DNA of 39,681 nucleotides from Coleofasciculus sp. B1-GNL1-01 (GCA_040220235.1 JAVJTO010000007.1), one strand, 5' to 3'. Shown: positions 1-8,994, counted from the stretch's first letter. The notes: generated from the letters alone by a model not told the origin. Numbers and translations are program-made.

Positions 1-234
1 GTTTAGGGAAAGCTCAGTGCGACTCGATAGTTCAACTGAGGCTTGTTCACAATCACTTGTACCTGCTTTTTCCAACAGCACCTCCACTGTTTTTTGAGCC
101 TCATCTGACAAGCTCTCACGCCATAGACACCACTGTTTAAACGGACTGCCCAGCCTGGGTTCAGCCGCTTGAGTCATTTCACACCCCCACCCCCAGATAC
201 TTAAGAAGAGGGTGATCCCACTAATCCATTTCAT
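1..234 (-). CDS. Secreted internalin-type LRR protein, 5' part only (runs off the window); paralogue of 636..1985
   Basis: ATG complement at 232-234. Positions 10..234 are near-identical to 1761..1985 (MKWISGITLFLSIWGWGC...SSRTEL), then diverge (ELSLN vs ELNLY). Confidence 0.9.
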   Translation of the reverse strand, partial: MKWISGITLFLSIWGWGCEMTQAAEPRLGSPFKQWCLWRESLSDEAQKTVEVLLEKAGTSDCEQASVELSSRTELSLN

Positions 235-338
235 TAACTTAATATATTGAAGACAACAAACAATTTAAAATTGATTTCCCATTAATTCGACTTCTAGGGA
301 AGTCTACAGAGCCACTCTCTAGCGAGCCTCTCTGTGAA
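10..338. repeat. About 330-bp direct repeat, copy 1 (upstream region, signal peptide and N-cap of the LRR gene); copy 2 at 1761..2088
   Basis: Direct comparison at offset about 1751 shows only a few substitutions and one 1-bp indel. Confidence 0.95.
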
Positions 339-480
339 GAAATTATACACCCTTGGTTTTATAGGGGTCAAGCTCTGAGGTGAATAGCTCATTATTGTCC
401 AAAATTCAATTATTCTGTTTTCAATAAATGGATAGTATAACTTTTTTGCGGGTAATTAATCATAATAACTCTAGCCGAAT

Positions 481-617
481 TAGTGGCGTGGTATAGCTAA
501 AATTTTGAAATAAATTGTAGGTTGAATTGACGACAGCAAAACCAACAAAACATAGAGCTAATGTTTTCTCCTACAAGCCTAATTTAATTCATCAAATAAG
601 GTGTACCACGCCAGTAG
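481..617. mobile_element. Small MITE-like element with a degenerate GTAG hairpin inside
   Basis: Imperfect terminal inverted repeats tagtggcgtggtat / gtaccacgccagta. The internal gtaggttgaattgacg...aaaaccaac resembles gtaggttgggtagagcg...aaacccaac at about 18216. Confidence 0.5.
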
Positions 618-635
618 CATAATTCGCGGCTACGA

Positions 636-1985
636 TCAGAAATTGCAAACACTTGGAGGACTGACTGGGCAAATTGGCTGTGTTATAGGATTGTCTTTAA
701 GGGAAAGCCTAGTCAGATAAGTAAGTCTAGACAGAGGACTGATATCTTTTATTTGGTTTTCGTCGAGTTGAAGCCTATTTAGATTGATAAGTCTAGAGAG
801 AGAACTTACATCTTTTATTTGGTTTTCGCTTAGGTAAAGGCTATTCAAATTGATAAGTCTAGATAGAGGACTGACATTTTTTATTTGGTTGTCGTTTAGG
901 GAAAGCCTATTCAGATTGGTAAGTCCAGAGAGAGAACTTACCTCTTTTATTTCGTTACTCCAGAGAGCAAGCTCAGTCAGATTGGTAAGCCTAGATAGAG
1001 GACTGACATCTTTTATTTGGTTGTCGCTTAGGGAAAGGCTATTCAGATTGGTAAGTCCAGAGAGAGAACTTACCTCTTTTATTTCGTTACTCCGGAGGAA
1101 AAGCTCAGTCAGATTGGTAAGTCCAGAAAGAGAACTTACATCTTTTATTTCATTACCGCTTAGGGAAAGGCTATTCAGATTAGTAAGTCCAGAGAGAGGA
1201 CTGACATCTTTTATTTGGTTTCTGTCGAGTAAAAGTTTCCTCAGATTGGTAAGTCCAGAAAGAGAACTGACATCTTTTATTTGGTTGGAGAAGAGGTTAA
1301 GTACAGTCAGATTGGTAAGTCCAGAGAGAGAACTTACCTCTTTTATTTCGTTACCGTAGAGGTTAAGCTCAGTCAGCTTGGTAAGCCTCGATAGAGAACT
1401 TACATCTTCTATTTGGTTGTCGCCGAGGTTAAGCTCAGTCAGATTGGTAAGCCTAGATAGAGGACTGATATCTTTTACTTGGTTAGCAAAGAGGTTAAGC
1501 TCAGTCAGATTGGTAAGTCCAGAGAGAGAACTTACATCTTTTATTTGGTTTTCGCCGAAGTTAAGCTCAGTCAGATTGGTAAGTCCAGAGAGAGGATTAA
1601 CATCTTTTATTTGGTTACCGTAGAGGTTAAGCTCAGTCAGATTGGTAAGTCCAGAGAGAGAACTTACATCTTTTATTTGGTTAACGTAGAGATTAAGCTC
1701 AGTCAGATTGGTAAATCCAGAGAGAGGACTTACATCCTTTATGTGGTTACCGTAGAGGTTAAGCTCAGTGCGACTCGACAGTTCAACTGAGGCTTGTTCA
1801 CAATCGCTTGTACCTGCTTTTTCCAACAGCACCTCCACTGTTTTTTGAGCCTCATCTGACAAGCTCTCACGCCATAGACACCACTGTTTAAACGGACTGC
1901 CCAGCCTGGGTTCAGCCGCTTGAGTCATTTCACATCCCCATCCCCAGATACTTAAGAAGAGGGTGATCCCACTAATCCATTTCAT
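636..1985 (-). CDS. Secreted internalin-like leucine-rich repeat protein (about 17 x 22-aa LRRs, Cys-containing N- and C-caps)
   Basis: Hydrophobic signal peptide; repeats of TNLTELNLxxNQIKDVSxLSGL; N-cap FKQWC...SDCEQA; C-cap CPVSPPSVCNF. Confidence 0.95.
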   Translation of the reverse strand: MKWISGITLFLSIWGWGCEMTQAAEPRLGSPFKQWCLWRESLSDEAQKTVEVLLEKAGTSDCEQASVELSSRTELNLYGNHIKDVSPLSGFTNLTELNLYVNQIKDVSSLSGLTNLTELNLYGNQIKDVNPLSGLTNLTELNFGENQIKDVSSLSGLTNLTELNLFANQVKDISPLSRLTNLTELNLGDNQIEDVSSLSRLTKLTELNLYGNEIKEVSSLSGLTNLTVLNLFSNQIKDVSSLSGLTNLRKLLLDRNQIKDVSPLSGLTNLNSLSLSGNEIKDVSSLSGLTNLTELFLRSNEIKEVSSLSGLTNLNSLSLSDNQIKDVSPLSRLTNLTELALWSNEIKEVSSLSGLTNLNRLSLNDNQIKNVSPLSRLINLNSLYLSENQIKDVSSLSRLINLNRLQLDENQIKDISPLSRLTYLTRLSLKDNPITQPICPVSPPSVCNF

Positions 1986-2088
1986 TAACTTAATATATTG
2001 AAGACAACAAACAATTTAAAATTGATTTCCCATTAATTCGACTTCTAGGGGAGTCTACAGAGCCACTCTCTAGGAGCCTCTCTGTGAA
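1761..2088. repeat. About 330-bp direct repeat, copy 2
   Basis: Matches 10..338. Confidence 0.95.
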
Positions 2089-2113
2089 TAATATCAAGAA
2101 TAGCGAAATCATG

Positions 2114-2163
2114 GTAGTGCGTTTAGCGAAGCCATGCCGCAGGCTTTGCATCTTGCTCGCTAC
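2114..2163 (+). repeat. RAYT-type REP interrupted by a 26-nt insert (2122..2147)
   Basis: gtagtgcg[tttagcgaagccatgccgcaggcttt]gcatcttgctcgctac; the same composite occurs at 25955..26004. Confidence 0.85.
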
Positions 2164-2264
2164 TCACTAATCGGACTGTCTTGAGTTTTGTCAATAGACC
2201 TCAAACCCTTACAAAGAACAAATGACACTCTCTATCGTTCACTTTAATTCCTTAAGGTTAGTAG

Positions 2265-2346
2265 CACTGACTTTAGAGTTTGTAGTCAGCGCTGTCTTCA
2301 CTTCTGGCACGCTTCGTGCCTACTACGAACCCCGCTTAAGTCAGTG
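2265..2346. repeat. Small palindromic dispersed element
   Basis: Outer inverted repeat cactgactt/aagtcagtg, inner gtttgtagt/actacgaac, and a ggcacg-ctt-cgtgcc hairpin. Confidence 0.5.
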
Positions 2347-2421
2347 ACATTCAACTTAGGTGACTTCTGATTGATCGGATTGAAACAGGTTTTTTGTATT
2401 CTTAATATAAAACCCTTCTTT

Positions 2422-2462
2422 CTCCCCTCTCCCCAGAGTGGGAGAGGGGCTGGGGGTGAGGG
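2422..2462. repeat. CCCCTCTCCC...GGGAGAGGGG hairpin dispersed repeat (related copies at about 19603..19643 and 17841..17927)
   Basis: ctcccctctccccagagtgggagaggggctgggggtgaggg. Confidence 0.75.
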
Positions 2463-2548
2463 ATTTCTGTTGATTGATAATACGCCTCCCAATTTGGTAT
2501 GATTCCCTCAACCGTTACGCTTCAACCTAACCTAATCAGCATCTCGTC

Positions 2549-5500
2549 ATGAAAATTCTCCATGGCACCTGGATTCCTCAACCCTCTGACGCATTCATCC
2601 AAACGGGCGCGTTTTATCTGTGGGTGGAAACGGATACCCCTTCTCCCCAGAAAACTGCCCAAAGTAATACTCATCCGGCTCAATTAACCCAAGCCGATTT
2701 AGTCAACCTTCTGGTCAATGAACTCGGCGTTTCCCCAACCTCATCTAGCCTGATTCAGGATCAGATTACTCCCCAATACTTTATTCTGCCCACCACTCAA
2801 GGGCAACCGCTTCCGTCACCGGAATTAAGCCGCTATCTGGAAATTGAATTGCCAGAATCCGTGGAGTGGCATATCTGGACAATTGATTGTTACCAGATTA
2901 GCCCAGTTTACCAAACATCTGGACGTAAATCTGGCGCAATCGCCCCCGTGATTAAATGCTTAAATGACCTGCATTTTATTGCCCTCTACAATCCCGCCGA
3001 ACTGCAACTGGGGTCTGATTTACTGTTTTGGTATCACTACACCCAGTCCTTTAAACAGATTATCCTCAAAGACCAATATATTCCAGCCCTTAAATACAGA
3101 GAAATTCCGCCACCCAAAAGCAAACGGAAACGCAGCGCCAAAACTCAGTTATTTGAACTTTATCCAGCTTGGCAAATTATATCGGATCACTATGAAGAGA
3201 CGATTGACTATTATCAAGACTATATGCCCCTTGCCTGTGTATCCGGTCACGCTAGTCCCCCCGAACCTATCGAATTTTACGACAAAGAAACCTTACTCCG
3301 CCATTTTTCTGAATGCTTGCTGACGGAGATTGTCACCAATACACCAATCCCGGCTGTCTTGGATAAAAGAATTAATCATTCTCTGATTACCGATTGCCTC
3401 TATTCCTCACAAACTCCTCTAGCACAAGCCCCTGAACCCGCCTTAGACCTCTATAAACAATGGTCAAGTTGGAAACAACAGATTAAGGGAGGATCTGATA
3501 CCTCAACATTCCATCTTTGTTTTCAATTAGAAGACCCAGCGGAGGAGTCCCAAAACTCCTGGCAGATTCAGTTTATCGTCGCATCTAAAAAAGACCCCTC
3601 TCTAAAACTAGCCGTTGCCGACTATTGGACTCTAACTAAAAAAAAGAAAGCCACCGTTTATCAACAATTTGGTCAAGAGTTCGAGAAAACATTACTCCTT
3701 AATCTCGGTTATGCTGCCCGGATTTACCCGCAAATTTGGCGCGGCTTAGAAACCGACCAACCGACGGGATTAAACCTTACCTTAGAAGAGGCGTTCACCT
3801 TTCTCAAAGAACAAGCCTGGGTGCTAGAAGATGCCGGATATAAAGTCATTGTTCCCGCCTGGTGGACTCCCTCCGGGCGTCAACGTGCCAAGCTACGCCT
3901 CAAGGCTTCCCCGAAAACCTCTCAATCTACAAAAGCGGCGAGTAAGGGTTATTTTAATCTAGATACCATTATTCAATATCACTACCAACTCTCCATCGGC
4001 GGTCAAGTCGTCACCCCCCAGGAATGGCAACAGTTAGTGGCGGCAAAAACGCCTTTAGTCCAGTTTCGAGGTCAGTGGATTGAACTGGATAAAACTAAGA
4101 TGCAGCAAATGCTGGACTTTTGGCAATCCCACCAGGAAGAAACAGCGGAAATGACACTGCTGGAGTTGCTCAAGAAAACCAGCGAAGCGGATACAGAGAT
4201 AGAAGTCGAACATGATGCTATCTTAGGTCAAATGATGGCGTGCTTGAATAACCCCAGCCGCCTGGAACCGATTGACAATCCTGCTCAATTAAAAGGAACC
4301 TTAAGGGAGTATCAAAAACGCGGTGTGTCGTGGCTGCAATATTTAGAACAATTGGGACTCAATGGTTGTCTGGCGGATGATATGGGCTTGGGTAAATCGA
4401 TTCAGATTATTGCCCAGTTAGTCAAGGAACGCGAAACCGAATCTTCGGTAGCCCCTACCTTGTTAATTGCGCCAACTTCGGTGGTGGGGAATTGGCAAAA
4501 AGAGATTGAAAAATTTGCCCCGCATTTGCGGACTTTAGTCCATCATGGGAGTAACCGAATTAAAACCGAAAAGGAGTTTAAATCAGCTAGCCAAACCCTT
4601 GATGTCATCATTACCTCATTTACCCTCGCCCGCAAAGACGAAAAACTGCTTAAACGTGTCACCTGGCACCGTTTAGTTCTCGACGAAGCCCAAAACATTA
4701 AAAATCCCAAAGCCGCCCAAACCAAAGCCATTCTCAAATTACCCGCCCCTCATCGGGTGGCGTTAACCGGAACGCCGATAGAAAACCGTTTATTAGACCT
4801 TTGGTCAATCTTCAACTTCCTCAATCCGGGCTATTTAGGCAAACAAGCCCAGTTTCGCAAAGCTTTTGAACTTCCGATTCAAAAAGACAATAACCGCCGA
4901 CAATCAACGGTGTTAAAGCAGTTAGTTCAACCGTTGATTCTACGACGGGTGAAGACAGACAAACAGATTATTAAAGACTTACCCGATAAACTTGAACACA
5001 AACAGTATTGTCAGCTAACCCAAGAACAAGCCTCCTTGTATGAAGCCGTGGTCAAAGATGTGGAGGCAAAACTGGAAGAGGCTGAAGGAATAAACCGCAA
5101 AGGCTTAATTTTGTCAACCCTACTGAAACTGAAACAAGTTTGTAATCATCCCGCCCAGTTTCTCCAAGATAACAGTGAATTCTCGCCCACGCGATCGCAT
5201 AAATTAGAACGCCTGATCGAAATGATTGAAGAAGTGAATGCGGAAGGGGAAAGTTTGCTGATTTTCACCCAATTTACAGATATTGGTAGCGCCCTAACCA
5301 ACTACCTCAAACAGACCTTGCATTACAACACCTATTATATTCATGGCGGCATCAGTCGGGCAAAACGAGAGCAAATGATTACTGCCTTTCAAGACCCTGA
5401 TACTGAACCCTCGGCGTTTATTTTATCCCTGAAAGCTGGAGGAGTCGGCATCACTTTAACCAAAGCCAATCACGTTTTTCATTTTGACCGTTGGTGGAAC

Positions 5501-5734
5501 CCCGCCGTCGAAGATCAAGCCACTGACCGCGCCTTTCGGATTGGTCAAAAGAAGAATGTTTTTGTGCATAAGTTCGTGGCATTAGGCACGTTAGAAGAAC
5601 GGATTGACCAGATGATTGAAGAGAAGAAAAAATTGTCGGGGACGATTGTCGGGGCGGATGAGTCGTGGTTAACGGAGTTAGATAATGAACGATTTAAACA
5701 GTTGATTGCTTTGAATAAAACCGCTATTTTATAA
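2549..5734 (+). CDS. SNF2/SWI2-family helicase-like ATPase
   Basis: LREYQKRG, Walker A DDMGLGKS, DEAQ box, LTGTPIEN, SLKAGGVGITLT, WWNPAVEDQATDRAFRIGQ. Confidence 0.97.
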   Translation: MKILHGTWIPQPSDAFIQTGAFYLWVETDTPSPQKTAQSNTHPAQLTQADLVNLLVNELGVSPTSSSLIQDQITPQYFILPTTQGQPLPSPELSRYLEIELPESVEWHIWTIDCYQISPVYQTSGRKSGAIAPVIKCLNDLHFIALYNPAELQLGSDLLFWYHYTQSFKQIILKDQYIPALKYREIPPPKSKRKRSAKTQLFELYPAWQIISDHYEETIDYYQDYMPLACVSGHASPPEPIEFYDKETLLRHFSECLLTEIVTNTPIPAVLDKRINHSLITDCLYSSQTPLAQAPEPALDLYKQWSSWKQQIKGGSDTSTFHLCFQLEDPAEESQNSWQIQFIVASKKDPSLKLAVADYWTLTKKKKATVYQQFGQEFEKTLLLNLGYAARIYPQIWRGLETDQPTGLNLTLEEAFTFLKEQAWVLEDAGYKVIVPAWWTPSGRQRAKLRLKASPKTSQSTKAASKGYFNLDTIIQYHYQLSIGGQVVTPQEWQQLVAAKTPLVQFRGQWIELDKTKMQQMLDFWQSHQEETAEMTLLELLKKTSEADTEIEVEHDAILGQMMACLNNPSRLEPIDNPAQLKGTLREYQKRGVSWLQYLEQLGLNGCLADDMGLGKSIQIIAQLVKERETESSVAPTLLIAPTSVVGNWQKEIEKFAPHLRTLVHHGSNRIKTEKEFKSASQTLDVIITSFTLARKDEKLLKRVTWHRLVLDEAQNIKNPKAAQTKAILKLPAPHRVALTGTPIENRLLDLWSIFNFLNPGYLGKQAQFRKAFELPIQKDNNRRQSTVLKQLVQPLILRRVKTDKQIIKDLPDKLEHKQYCQLTQEQASLYEAVVKDVEAKLEEAEGINRKGLILSTLLKLKQVCNHPAQFLQDNSEFSPTRSHKLERLIEMIEEVNAEGESLLIFTQFTDIGSALTNYLKQTLHYNTYYIHGGISRAKREQMITAFQDPDTEPSAFILSLKAGGVGITLTKANHVFHFDRWWNPAVEDQATDRAFRIGQKKNVFVHKFVALGTLEERIDQMIEEKKKLSGTIVGADESWLTELDNERFKQLIALNKTAIL

Positions 5735-5814
5735 AGTGAGGATTGGGAATTTGAGTAAATTTTGGTGGGCAATGTCAACCCTACAAGTGCTATTAAATTG
5801 AGGAGTTATGCCGA

Positions 5815-6654
5815 ATGTCTAGATTCAGCCGAACCTGGTGGGGCAAACGCTTTATTGATGCCTTAGAATCCTTTACCGACTCAGGTAGACTGGGACGGGG
5901 GCGTTCTTATGCCAGTGGGGGAAAGATTAAAGAGTATCAAATTATTCAAGGTCAAATAACCGCAAAAGTTAGGGGTTCAATTAATCCCTATTTTGGCGTT
6001 TATAAAGAACCCTTATACACCACAACCATTGAAATAAAACCAATTTCAGCAGCATCTTGGTCAAAGGCGATCGCGAATTTGTCATCTAAGGCAAGTTTCG
6101 TTTCTAAACTACTCATGAATGAGATGCCAGATAATATTGAAGAAGCATTTGCTGATGTCAACCTTCAATTGTTACCCAAAAGCCGTTCTGACTTTAATAC
6201 TCATTGTTCTTGTCCCGACTGGTCAAATCCCTGTAAACATATCGCCGGGGTGTATTACTTAGTCGCCAACGAATTAGACGCCAACCCATTTTTACTCTTT
6301 GAACTCAGAGGTTTATCACCAGAAAAGCTACAGCAAGAACTGGCTAAATCCCCCCTAGGTCAAGTGTTATCCCAAGCCTTACAGGATCAAGAAGCCACCA
6401 TAGAACCTGCCCAATCTTACTATACCCAGCCCGGAAAAATGCCACCCCCGTCATCTGTGAATCAGAAGGAGTTCTGGTTAGGAGAGAAACGATTACCCTC
6501 AAGGGTAGAGGTGGATGCAACTACAAATATTCCCGCCATTTTGATTAAAAAAGCCGGAGATATTCCTCCCTTTTGGCACAAGGATAGTTCGTTTATTGAG
6601 GCAATGGAACAAGTGTATCAGCGAGTGCGGACTAAAAATAAAGAGAGCTTTTGA
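5815..6654 (+). CDS. SWIM zinc-finger protein, usual partner of this SNF2 subfamily
   Basis: CSCPDWSNPCKHIAG; RLGRGRSYA; PFLLFELRG; gaggag RBS upstream. Confidence 0.95.
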   Translation: MSRFSRTWWGKRFIDALESFTDSGRLGRGRSYASGGKIKEYQIIQGQITAKVRGSINPYFGVYKEPLYTTTIEIKPISAASWSKAIANLSSKASFVSKLLMNEMPDNIEEAFADVNLQLLPKSRSDFNTHCSCPDWSNPCKHIAGVYYLVANELDANPFLLFELRGLSPEKLQQELAKSPLGQVLSQALQDQEATIEPAQSYYTQPGKMPPPSSVNQKEFWLGEKRLPSRVEVDATTNIPAILIKKAGDIPPFWHKDSSFIEAMEQVYQRVRTKNKESF

Positions 6655-6738
6655 AAAAAGGGGTGCTTTCGGTAGACTTGTTTGCGGCAAAAGTCCGTTG
6701 CGAAATTCACGAAATTCCAGTTATTGTTCGTTGTTGTT

Positions 6739-6762
6739 GTAGTGCGAGCATCTTGCTCGCTA
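6739..6762 (+). repeat. GTAG-REP hairpin upstream of RAYT
   Basis: gtagtgcgagca-tct-tgctcgcta. Confidence 0.9.
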
Positions 6763-6972
6763 AGTAGGGTCTGCTGAATAATTGGTTAGGGGAAGATGGG
6801 GGAGATGAAGGAGATGAGGGAGATGCTGCTTTTTAGGTAAAAGTGTAAGGTTTTATTCACAATTTAAATACGTGATATTAGGATGAGTATACAAACGAAA
6901 TTGATATCATTCCAAATTTAAATGCGTGACAGCTTTTAATCCCGTTATAATAAAAATTTAAATCATATTTAT

Positions 6973-7086
6973 CCTATATTCCCATAGCGAACGAGAATCT
7001 TATATTCCCATAGCGAGCGAGAATCCTATATTCCCATAGCGAACGAGAATCCTATATTTCCATAGCGAGCGAGACGCTCGCACTAC
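6973..7086 (-). repeat. 26-bp tandem repeat (about 4 units) ending in an inverted REP (7063..7086)
   Basis: Unit cctatattcccatagcga(a/g)cgagaat; the last unit continues into tagcgagcgagacgctcgcactac. Confidence 0.9.
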
Positions 7087-7113
7087 GGGCTAATATAACA
7101 ACAGGGAAATACA

Positions 7114-7563
7114 ATGAAATTCAAAAAACCAATCCACCGATTAGAAATAGCAAAAGGCAGATACTTCATTACTTTTGTGACCTGGGAACGACTAGAACTA
7201 ACCCCAAACGCTCGACAGGTTGTGCTAGAGGCTTGCCAATTCTTCCACAATCAACGATATCAGATATTTACTGGGGTTATTATGCCAGACCACGTACATC
7301 TACTGATTCAACCTTTCCTCAAAACTGAAACAGAGTTTTGGTCAATTGGCAGTATTTTGCATAGTATCAAAAGTTATAGCGCCAAACAAATTCCCAAAGT
7401 CATGAAACATATTGGGAAAGTTTGGCAAGATGGAAGATATGATAAGCTGATGAGGGATGAAAAGGAATTCGAGCAGTCATGGGAGTATATTAGACAAAAT
7501 CCGGTTAAGGCAGGATTGTCAAAAACTCCGGAGGATTATCCTTTCTTTTGGGAGATATTTTGA
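7114..7563 (+). CDS. rayT: REP-associated tyrosine transposase (RAYT/TnpA-REP, IS200-like HUH Y1 nuclease)
   Basis: YFITFVT, HUH motif MPDHVHLL, WQDGRYD, catalytic Tyr in YIRQNPVKAGL; REPs on both sides. Confidence 0.9.
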   Translation: MKFKKPIHRLEIAKGRYFITFVTWERLELTPNARQVVLEACQFFHNQRYQIFTGVIMPDHVHLLIQPFLKTETEFWSIGSILHSIKSYSAKQIPKVMKHIGKVWQDGRYDKLMRDEKEFEQSWEYIRQNPVKAGLSKTPEDYPFFWEIF

Positions 7564-7564
7564 A

Positions 7565-7588
7565 GGAGTGCGAGCATCTTGCTCGCTA
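7565..7588 (+). repeat. REP hairpin immediately after the RAYT stop codon
   Basis: ggagtgcgagcatcttgctcgcta. Confidence 0.85.
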
Positions 7589-7660
7589 CCTAACAATTAG
7601 AGTTCGTAAGTAACATCGAATCATTTCATGTGTATTGTAGCTGGGAAGGCGATCGCGCCT

Positions 7661-7736
7661 TAAGCTGTTCGGCATTTAAACTTTATTGTCAAGCATTGCG
7701 AAATCCTTATGGGTAGTGCGACCATCTTGGTCGCTA
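7661..7736 (+). mobile_element. Partial REP-carrying MITE (left end plus REP variant at 7713..7736)
   Basis: taagctgttcggcatttaaa...gaaatcctt...gtagtgcgaccatcttggtcgcta; homologous to the element at 20237..20339. Confidence 0.75.
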
Positions 7737-7757
7737 GAGCACCAAACAACTTATTAC

Positions 7758-8783
7758 TTACAAATGGGGGAATAACTTCAAAAAAGATTGCCGATAAAAA
7801 TTTAAAACTCGTTGAGTATAATCCGCCGTGGAACCCTGATTATATTGCTGGGGATCACCCGTCATCCACCAAGCCGCCGCTCGCTGTACCGCTACTGTCT
7901 CATTGTTACCACTCGCCTCATACTGTTCATTAAATACATCTCCCATCACACAAACTAAAATAGTACGGGCAGTCGCCGGACTCGCTGCAAAATCGGCGGG
8001 TGTTAGTTCCTCTCCAATACATTGATTAGACCAACGAGGAATATTTTCTGGTTTAATTTGCCAATCACTGTAAAGTCCATCATTTTCGATTCCCGTTTGC
8101 GGTGCGGCGCGTCGTAATGCTTCCACTAAAGCAGCGACTTTTGTATCAGAAATCGCGTTATTGGCTGAGGAACGGGCGGCGGCTTGAGGCTGAGAGGCGG
8201 CTGACGATTGACTTTCCGTCGGTGGAGAGGATGATGCTGGTTTTGCCGCCGAGGGAGTCGGGGTGGGTTGAGCAGGAGTTGCAGATTGTTGCGTCTGGGG
8301 ATTGCGGCGTTGCTGTTGGTAATTTTTCAGCACATTCTGAATGTAAGTGTAGGTGTAAGAGTTTTCAGGAATGCTATTATATTGACTCCCATCCCCAGTC
8401 ATCCACCAAGCGGCTGCTCGTTGTATTGCCACCGACTCATTATTATTACTGGCACGAAACTGCTCATTCAACACATCCCGCATCACGCAAACCAAGATAG
8501 CCCGCGCTGTAACCGGACTCGCTTCAAAATCGGTCGGTGAAAGTTCTCGTCCAATACATTGCTTTGACCAGCGGGGAATGTTACCTGGTTTAATTTGCCA
8601 GTCGCTATAGAGTCCATCATCTGCCCTTCCCGTTTGCGGTGCGGCTAGTCGCAGGGCTTCCACAAGCGCTGAAACTTGAGCATCAGAGGCTTGAGCGTAT
8701 ACCGGGGAACTCCAGAATCCCAGAGAAAGTAACGCTGTACTCAGTAGGACTCGTTGAACTGGTTTAATGAATCTGAAACCCAT
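7758..8783 (-). CDS. Secreted protein with two tandem copies of a lysozyme/transglycosylase-like domain joined by a Pro/Ser/Gln linker
   Basis: Signal peptide ending VYA-Q; duplicated ALVEALRxAAPQTG..DGLYSDWQIKPxNIPRWS...QRAAAWWMTGD...Y..VL..Y. The fold is inferred. Confidence 0.8.
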   Translation of the reverse strand: MGFRFIKPVQRVLLSTALLSLGFWSSPVYAQASDAQVSALVEALRLAAPQTGRADDGLYSDWQIKPGNIPRWSKQCIGRELSPTDFEASPVTARAILVCVMRDVLNEQFRASNNNESVAIQRAAAWWMTGDGSQYNSIPENSYTYTYIQNVLKNYQQQRRNPQTQQSATPAQPTPTPSAAKPASSSPPTESQSSAASQPQAAARSSANNAISDTKVAALVEALRRAAPQTGIENDGLYSDWQIKPENIPRWSNQCIGEELTPADFAASPATARTILVCVMGDVFNEQYEASGNNETVAVQRAAAWWMTGDPQQYNQGSTADYTQRVLNFYRQSFLKLFPHL

Positions 8784-8994
8784 GGCGACAACCCTTGTTT
8801 AGCTAAAGAAGTCAATCGTAGGCGTGGTTTTAGAATCAATTGTAGGGGTGGGTTTAGACATTAACGCTAGCTTACCCGCCAATAATTGTTCAACACAACC
8901 TGCCTTTATCTAATTGTAGGGGCTACGTTCTTCTGCCAAAGCGCTAATCTTATACTTAGAGACACCCAGACAGCCCGGTTGAAGGAGCAGTGCG

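Noticed and set aside
850..1790. Plus-strand repetitive ORFs (850..1359, 1378..1623, 1479..1790)
   Set aside because: Antisense shadows of the LRR repeats.
636..1985. Diversity-generating retroelement explanation for LRR or TPR variation
   Set aside because: No reverse transcriptase or template repeat is visible, and the differences are not obviously restricted to adenines.
6973..7086. 26-bp repeats as a CRISPR array
   Set aside because: The units are head-to-tail with no unique spacers, and no cas genes are present.
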